A DNA stretch of 63,681 bases, filler included, from Octopus bimaculoides (taxonomy: Eukaryota): the NCBI RefSeq assembly GCF_001194135.2. It is 4 parts of 3 records of this genome, joined end to end, with 100 filler letters (N's around TTAATTAATTAA, not from the genome) between each part and the next. Parts side by side here need not be neighbours in the genome. Positions count along the whole stretch, not along the records: positions 46,327 to 56,140 come from NC_068984.1; positions 56,241 to 63,681 come from NC_068987.1; 2 more parts are not named here. One strand, given 5' to 3'. Position numbers and translations under genes: made by a program. Below the pieces are notes generated by a model that saw nothing but the letters and a program-made list of their open reading frames with translations, did not search any database and was not told the origin of the DNA. Numbering within the stretch: position 1 is the first letter of the stretch; each line of letters opens with the position of its first letter. Below are positions 55,661-63,681 of the stretch, piece after piece.

Positions 55661-57098
55661 CAATTGAAGCCCTCATCGTCGTAACCGACGGAGTGCCACG
55701 ATATACTGCTTGAAATTTGTTGTAGAAAGAAGGGAATAAAAAAAAACTATTGAAGTTGCAATTGAAAGGGAGAGGAAGGAGAATATAAGGACACAGCAGG
55801 GTTCCTCATTACTGGGGTGGGGGAGGATTGAAAAGGAGCAGACAGACTGCCATGTTTAATAAAAATTATTTCCAACTTTTTAAACTTGCCAAACGCCTTG
55901 GCGAAGAAAGAAAAGTTATGGATGTCAAAATATATTTTGTCATTTCATTAATAAAAAAGTGGAAAGCGGAGAGCTGGCAAAATCGGTAGCACGCTGGACA
56001 AAATGCTTGATGGTATTTCGCCTGCCGTTACGTTCTGAGTTCAAATTCCGCCGAGGTCTACTTTGCCTTTTATCCTTTCAGGGTCGATAAATTAAGTACC
56101 AGTGGAACACTAGGGGTCGATGTAATCGACTGCCCCCCCCNNNNNNNNNNNNNNNNNNNNNNNNNNNNNNNNNNNNNNNNNNNNTTAATTAATTAANNNN
56201 NNNNNNNNNNNNNNNNNNNNNNNNNNNNNNNNNNNNNNNNTATATACATATATATATATATATATACACACACAAATATACACACATGTATATCTATATA
56301 TATATATATATATACATACATGCATATACATACATACATGCATATACATACATACATACACACACACATATATATCCAGACACACGGACACATAATATAT
56401 ACATGCATACATAAGTGACTCAAGAGTTGAGAATTTCGTGCATTCCATTTATCAAATCCATATGTGGAGAAAAAGTTGAAGAGTTATGGTCTTGCTCTTC
56501 TACTGCAGCACATTCGATGGATCTACTAAACTAAGAGCTAAATACCATTCAAATCACAATTTACTCGTCTTTTAGCGAGTACCGTGTATCAAGAACTTGC
56601 ACTATCTAATGTGGCCGATGCCAAAAGAAGATAAACGCATGATAAAAGAAGATAAACGCTGCGCCGACATAAGATGGAATGGTCAAAACTGGAGCGCCAA
56701 TGATGATAATTTTACTCAATCAGGACAAAACAACAACTACAACATACGGCTTCAGCTTGGTCGTTTAGGTTTCACAAGAGGTAAACCACAGCAACAGCTA
56801 CAACAGCATACAGCTCCAACCTGCTGAGTCAAAGTTAAAAAGGAATTAAGCAGCGACAACGAACAACATATTTCGCTTATGTTTCTTATTTAGAGACGCT
56901 TTTCACTAAGGAGGTCGAATAAGACCGAAGCATATACAATTAGTAATTGAATTAGCGTTGTCTTTTTCTTCAACAGATAATTATTTAGAATTCGATTTTT
57001 GATACACATTACATCAAATATGCTAACCTGAGCTTAGCTATTGCTTTACCATTCAGAGTAATTAACCTCAGTGATATATTATTATTATTATTATTATT

Positions 57099-57330
57099 CA
57101 GTAGTTTTATTTTTATAACGTGCTTTCACTTCACTACCGAGCGCAGCTCTGTGTGCCTTGGGTATGTGCTGTGGTTTGCTGCGATGCTCTTATGGTTACT
57201 GTATTGAAAGTGTTTTGCGTAGGATGTGTGCAGTGCCCAGTAGTGCAATTTTCTGTATCTTATATATATTTGTAAGTCCTGGTGTTTTTATGTATTTGTC
57301 AGTCCTGGTGTTTTTGTTATGTATTTGTCT
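57099..57330 (-). mobile_element. 5'-truncated R4/Dong-like LINE 3' end inside a (TAA)n tract
   Basis: IYKIQKIALLGTAHILRKTLSIQ* matches the QK..LLGTA.I.RK.L C-terminus of restriction-like-endonuclease LINEs. It is flanked by TTA repeats on both sides. Confidence 0.75.
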
Positions 57331-57349
57331 TATTATTATTATTATTATA

Positions 57350-57427
<78 letters not shown>

Positions 57428-57460
57428 GTTGTTGTTGTTGTTGTTGTTATTATTATCATT
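57331..57460. repeat. (TTA)n/(TTG)n microsatellite
   Basis: Directly visible. Confidence 0.97.
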
Positions 57461-57531
57461 ATTATTTGCAGTATATTAATTTTTTACTCCTACTCATGTA
57501 CGATATCTGCATGATCAGAAATGTGAACATA

Positions 57532-57752
57532 TACGATAGGATGCTGAGAAGTTCCTGGCTTTAAGGCTATCGTGAAAGGCGTGGTTAGAAGCTCAACATT
57601 CCGAATTCTTTTACAGAGATCAGAAAAATCAAAGGCCCACTGCAATAAGTGTGTGAATCTGAGCGGGGAATATGTTGAATAAAATCATAATTAACTGATC
57701 CTCTTGGATCTTTGTTTACTCAAAGCTAGGAACTTTTCTGCAAACCCTCGTA
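57532..57752. mobile_element. mariner-type MITE
   Basis: TACGATAGGATGCTGAGAAGTTCCTGGC ... GCTAGGAACTTTTCTGCAAACCCTCGTA imperfect TIRs with TA ends. Confidence 0.7.
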
Positions 57753-58543
57753 TTTAACGATTCTCTTATCACTACTTCAGCAAATTCAATGAAGCCTGTC
57801 TCATTGAAGAAGTTTAATAAGACCGAAACATTCCTGTGATTATGTCCCATGCTTGCCGAATTAATTGTAATAATATTTGTCATTGAGTAATGTATTTTTT
57901 CATGGCGTAATTATTTCAAATTAGATGTTCGATGTTTTCCATTAAATACGTTAACAACGGCAATAACAACAGCGAACACTTTGTTTCATAATTCTAATCT
58001 AATTTTCTCTGTTACAGACTAACACTGTCCAAGCGTTCCTGGGGGTTTCATATTTAATTGCTGAGGAAAGATAAATGACAGCAATGACTGCAATGGAATT
58101 TATTTTTCGTAAGAGTTTACGTTGGAAGGAAGAGCAGAATCCTTGATACTTGCAGTCTTTAGAGAACATTGAAATCGAGTTCTCTGTGACTGGTGTTCCT
58201 CTTCAACAATCCACTATTGAAATCTGCAAGAAAAAAACATAGAAAGAAAATAATTCAAGAAAAACATAAAGAGGATGTTCTGAGGTAAAAGCAGTTCGTA
58301 GCATATAAAATTAAGCGAACTGCTGGCCTTGTGCCATAATCTGAAACCTCTAGCTAGTCCCAGATTACCTTTAGTCGAGCAGACAAAACACATTCAAGAA
58401 TGGCTATCTTATTTTTTTCATCAGAGAACTACATCACACAATGTAACCTTTTTCACAATGTAATATAGAAAGAGGATGTTCTGTTTAAGGAATGGGCTTG
58501 TGAAGACTAGATCCGACGAACTCTGCAGAACAAACCTCATGGT

Positions 58544-58741
58544 TTAACGAAAGGAAAGGCGGCTCCTGTGAAGTGCAGAGAGTATGGATGAAACAAGTAG
58601 GATATCTTGGTCATCCACTGCATCTGTTTCCCTTTCCAGACGTCTTACCGCTAGATTAAAGATGGTCACCAATGAGACAGTGAGGTTGATGGTGCGCAAC
58701 TCTTCATGATAAGGAAAGGGCTCAGTTGTTAATGTAGACAT
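58544..58741 (-). mobile_element. Possible LINE RT relic
   Basis: TEPFPYHEELR...IFNLAVRRL...AVDDQDILL loosely follows the RT pattern T.PF....GVRQG..LSP.LFN...ADD..L. Confidence 0.3.
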
Positions 58742-58764
58742 AATACAGAGAACTTGTTGTTGTT

Positions 58765-59142
58765 GGCACTCCGTCGCTTACGACGTCGAGGGTTCCAGTT
58801 GATCCGATCAACTGAACAGCCTGCTCGTGACATTAACGTGCATGTGGCTGAGCACTCCACTGACACGTGTACCCTTAACGTAGTTCTCGGGGATATTCAG
58901 CGTGACACAGTGTGACAAGGCTGACCCTTTGAATTACAGTCACAACAGAAACAGGAAGTAAAAGTGAGAGAAAGTTGTGGTGGAAGAGTACAGCAGGGTT
59001 CTCCACCATCCCCTGCCGGAGCCTCGTGGAGCTTTAGGTGTTTTCGCTCAATAAACACTCACATCGCCCGGTCTGGGAATCGAAACCGCGATCCTATGAC
59101 CGCGGGTCCGCTGCCCTAACCACTGGGCCATTGCGCCTCCAC
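58765..59142 (-). mobile_element. tRNA-derived SINE family 4, young-looking CpG-rich copy
   Basis: Minus strand has A box TGGCCCAGTGG and B box GGTTTCGATTCC. Partial copies lie at about 23040-23290 and 36170-36250. Confidence 0.8.
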
Positions 59143-61466
59143 AATACAACCCAAAAAAGCAGAGACGAATCACTTAAGAGTGCTGTGTTGTAGCGGTACA
59201 ACTGACCAGCTCTGGGGAACAAAGTCTGCTGTAGTGTGGTAAAAGCACAGAGTGAAAAGACAACATGCTTGTGAAGAAGATGCTGGAGTTTCTTGATGAT
59301 TGATTTTCGTGCTAATCAGTCAGTTGGACTTTTCTACATGTAGTTTGGAAAGTCTGCGGGCACGCGTGTGTGTAAGCAGCAGCTCCGTCCCACATATGGA
59401 GACAGAAGTCCACCGATCTTATTTGAACGAATCTGAAATAAATAGTGTTTTCCTGAACTTAACATTCTAAGAAATTACTGCGAGATATCACTGAGACAAA
59501 AATAAAATAATGCTCTCATATTTTGGAAAAAGTCCAAAATATGCTATATTTACGTGTGTGGGTGTGTGTGTGTATGTGTGTGTGTGTGTGTGTATACATA
59601 CATACACATACACACACATGCATATATATGCGCAAACGTACATACAGTATACATACAAATGAATGCATGTATAGATATACACATGTGTACTTAAATATAC
59701 GCACACATATATAAGCACAAATACATGTATATACATACATATATGAGTGTGGAAGTGTAGTGTAGTATATTTATAACTAGCTTCAATATGTTTCCTAATC
59801 TGTTTCCTGTATGCTTTTTTTTTGTATGTTTTTGGAACATTATACACATGTAATGGCACCGTTTTGTAATGTTGTGTACTTTCTTCATTACATAAATAAT
59901 ATGTACATCCAGATGTATTTTTTACGAGAGAATTGAGTACACGCCTAATCTATATATACATATATGTGTAAGTGTGTGTGTGTGTGTGTGTAACACATAG
60001 GTACTTACATCGACACGAACAACTTCTGAAAGTCACATTACATCGCTTCGGCATTATCTATTAACCCCACAAGCGTCGAAGCGTACCTGTGGCTCAAATC
60101 TACGTACAAAAGGTAGATATGAGTAACAGTATGAGAGCTGGAATACTTCGGAAAGTGTTTCCAAATGAATGATGAATGATACACACAATGAGAGGCCAGA
60201 CAGATGAAACGCTGTATGCATGTCAGCAGAAGATCATGTACGGATATGTAACCAGAAAGCTTCAAGGTGACAGCAGCATAGTTTGCCAAATTAATATTTG
60301 TTGCTTTGCCTTCCATCCTTCTATCTCAGAAAAAAATAAATAATATGTTGGCACAAGCGTTGTTGTGTGGTAAGAGGCTTGCTTCCTAACCACATGGTTC
60401 CAGGTTCAGTCTCACTGCGTGGAACCTTGGGCAAGTGTCTTTTACTATAGCTTCGAGCTGACCAAAGACCCGGAGCTATAGTTGATGACTAGCATGTATT
60501 AGACAATGGATTTGGTAGACGGAAACTGAAAAAAGTCCATCGTATATGTGTGAGTGTGTGTGTGGTGTGTGCGTGTGTGGTGTGTGTGTGTGTGTTTAAC
60601 CCTCACCACTACTTGACAATCGGTGCTGGTGTGTTTACGTCCCCAAGAGACCACTAGAATAAGTACCAGTCCTAAAAAATAAGTACTGGCTTCAATTCAT
60701 TCAACTGAAAAATTCTCCAAGGCGGTACCCCAGCCAGGCCGCAGTCTAATGACTGAAACGAGTAGAAGATAAAAGATAACAGGTATTAGACGGTCACGAT
60801 TGGAATGTTTTTGGTCACTGGACTGCTCGTTCAGAGCTGACCTCGTGTTAAACAACAACAACAATGCAACGTGAGTTTCTACTTTGTCGCTTTATTTGCC
60901 AGCTATAGCAACAATATTTCCCTCAGATCACAACCTTTCCTTCTTTCAAGCACAAGGATTTGATTTGAGGTAGAGGTTTGTTCCTTATTTCTAGTAGTGA
61001 TAATGACCACTTAGTGGCATTATCTGGCAATTAATTACAGTATCTATAATGTTTAATCAAGTGATTCTCAACTGGGGTTCATATAACCCTTGAGGGTCTA
61101 AAAAATATTTTATTATGAAAATTTATGTGTGATAAATTGGTTATACTTCTACAACACAGAAAAATTTTATAAAATTCCTAACAGTATTTAATTATAAAAA
61201 CATAGGGTGTCCCAGAATGAATTATTTCAGTGAAATCGGAAATTAAAAAAAAGGAACTCACTTTCATCTCTTTATCATGTTTAATATGTGTTAAATGTGT
61301 CTACATTTTTAATTTTGTTTATAATTTCATTATTTTTATATATTTCTTCATAATTTTATTTTCATTTTTGTTGGATCCAACTTATCTGTCCACGACAGTT
61401 TTTTTTTTTTTTTCAATTTGGCTGCAATTATTTTCTCTACCTCCAACCCAAGGATGAAGCAATTTT

Positions 61467-61607
61467 TTAGCTGAACTTAAAGAACACATTCAGTTTGCAG
61501 TGCAGGGGATTACTTCTGAAATGCTTCAAAATGTGTTTCGCAATGCTAGGGATAGATCTGAAATTTGCAAGGATAGAGACAAAGCACATGTTGAAAATAT
61601 TCGCTAA
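61467..61607 (+). mobile_element. Tc1/mariner-superfamily transposase C-terminal fragment
   Basis: LAELKEHIQFAVQGITSEMLQNVFRNARDRSEICKDRDKAHVENIR* resembles the ELK.RI..A...IT.EML.NV....R...C....G.H.E tail of DD37-type transposases. Confidence 0.55.
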
Positions 61608-61630
61608 AGTTTTGACGTAAGATTTATAAA

Positions 61631-62170
61631 TCTACTAGCAGCTAAGCCCGGTTTCACCCGGTCTGTTTGGATGATATGGCTGTGATCGTTTTCGGTTAGG
61701 CATAATCTATAACGGCGTTTTTCAACCTTATCATTTCGGGTCCCAAATCTCCCTCAAAACACCCTACTGTTTTAATCCGACAATTCTGCGTATTATGTAG
61801 TTTGAATGTAACTAACGATGATGATTATTAACCCCACAAAGAGGTGAAAGAAGAGAGTCAGCATAGTGACAGTTTTGGCTGACTGTCATCCTGTACTCCC
61901 CTTGTTGCTAGCGAAATGATATATGCCGGCTGTGTGAGCAACTGGTTGTTTTAATGGAGGAACAAACAGGGGAATTCCATTAAAAAGAGTTTTAATGGAT
62001 TTTCCCGGTAAGTATAGGGGTTAGGAAAAAGATACAGACCGCATTCCAATCTATGCAACCGTCTCCACATGTGTGCCATATTTCATGTGAATGCACCAAG
62101 CCGTTTGGCTGTGAACCTCAAGACAAGAAAGAATATAACGATCGCCCATGTCCAATTTATATTACAGAAT
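61631..62170 (+). mobile_element. Non-autonomous Helitron/Helentron-like element
   Basis: 5' TCTACTAGCAGC..CCCGGTTTCACCCGG hairpin; internal TTTCATG...AGCCGTTTGGCTGTGA; 3' TTTATATTACAGAAT. Resembles Lep1/HINE-type ends. Confidence 0.5.
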
Positions 62171-63165
62171 TAGTTTTGGTGTCGTAATTATGTAATAAGC
62201 ATAAAATTCTGTCAGTTTTTCATTTTAATTGCCCGATTTCATTGAAATAATTAATTTTGGTACATCCTATATAATAGGATTTTTTAAAAACATTAAATGG
62301 CTATAAGGGTCCACCCTTCTAAAATAGGAATCAAAGGGGTCCACGGGTAAAAAAAAATGGTTGAGAACCACCGAGTAGGATGTATAAAGTTAAAAGCCGG
62401 TCTTAGTCAGAATATCTGGTTCTTATGTCAGGGCTCATTCTAGAAATACAACGATGTCTTGACTGAGTTAATGAGGGAACTTGAACGCGGGTGCTCGATC
62501 TGTTTAAGATAGCAGCTAAATCTTGAAATATCACCCTAAAAGAGGAAAAACATATTGGCTAAGGACGTTCTTCATATACAAAAACGATTCAACTCGATTG
62601 CAAGATGATCACGGTGGTATCATCTTGTGATCATGGATCTTGTGATATAGAGCTGATAACAGGAATAACGACTCTGCGTTTGTCGTGGAGACTTTGAGTA
62701 TAAGTTTATACGTGATGAGGGCTAACTTTAGGTTAAACAACAAGCCTTTAACAGTAACAACATCTATTTCAATTTAGGGCTTCAGGTCGACACAGTGGAC
62801 AAATAACTGTTTGACACAGAGACTACATGTCGTACAAGCTGTGAGAGAGCTTCTACGTGGTTGCTTGATTTGCTAGAAATAGCGATATAATTCCCTTTCA
62901 TATAACATATTACACTCTAAGAAAAAGGTTACATTGTGTGATGTAGTTCTCTGATGAAAAAAATAAGAATGTGTTTAGTCTGCTCAACTAAATGTAATCT
63001 GGGACTAGCTAGAGGTTTCAGATTATGGCACAAGGCCAGCAATTCGCTTAATTTTATATGCTACGAACTGCTTTTACCTCAATGTCTATATTCACAGATA
63101 TAAATAATTCCTGTCTTTGAGTTCTTTGCTGAGAGAATATCTTCGTTTCGCCTATTATATATATA

Positions 63166-63218
<53 letters not shown>

Positions 63219-63681
63219 GCACACACACACACGACAGGCTTCTTTCCGGTTTCGTCAACCAAACCCGCTCACATGACTTTCGTTGGCTCGAGGCTACAGT
63301 AGAAAACACTTGCCCAAGTGGCGACGCTGTGGGACTGAATCCGGAACCATGTGGTTGCAAAGCCAACGTCTTACAATACATCTACACCTCACATCGTCGG
63401 ACGATGGCTTAGCTGGCCGAAACTCCGAAGTCACAGTCAACAACGATGTTGTATACGAATAACAAATTTGTACTCTACGAAAGTATAGAGTAATCCATCA
63501 GATTAATGTAAAACTGTTTTTATCATAATTGAACATAAAAACAGACATTGTAGCTAAATTAAATTGAATTAAATTAAATTAAATGTCCTTGTCATATCTT
63601 GCCTAATTATTTGCCCTTCCTCACTACTTTAACCTACACTTATATATATATATATGTGTGTGTGTATGTATATGTATGTAT

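Larger units (their letters stand above)
61059..62373. mobile_element. hAT/Charlie-type non-autonomous element with nested inserts
   Basis: AAGTGATTCTCAAC ... GGTTGAGAACCACCG resembles the CAGTGGTTCTCAACC TIR. No 8-bp TSD is recognisable. Confidence 0.5.

Noticed and set aside
56597-56827. 76-aa ORF with a Q-rich end
   Set aside because: Non-ATG start, internal 21-bp duplication and no homology I can recognise.

Overview
AT-rich, microsatellite-dense eukaryotic DNA with many N gaps. Repeat content and composition suggest a cephalopod, probably an octopus draft assembly (inference, not verified). One host gene is supportable: the last four coding exons of a minus-strand MPDZ/PATJ-type multi-PDZ scaffold gene (26502-26671, 25453-25567, 14231-14336, 11051-11327). 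They splice in frame through GT-AG introns and encode the final two PDZ domains. No upstream exons were found, and a perfect donor site runs into the gap at 28232. The rest is mobile-element debris: a nearly full-length but dead IR/DR Tc1 (DD34E), RTE and Rex3/Expander-like LINE ends, Penelope GIY-YIG relics, an R4/Dong-like end inside a (TAA)n tract, several MITEs and at least four tRNA-derived SINE families. The best leads are a type I hammerhead-ribozyme-like motif at 43126-43162 with weaker relatives elsewhere, three unrelated long fold-back hairpins just downstream of the gene, a fish-like Tc1 as a horizontal-transfer candidate, and an apparent CpG step at the 28.2 kb gap. I found no convincing novel multi-gene system. 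Almost all ORF-track entries are microsatellite or N artefacts. Exon, gap and hairpin coordinates were counted by hand; repeat boundaries are approximate.
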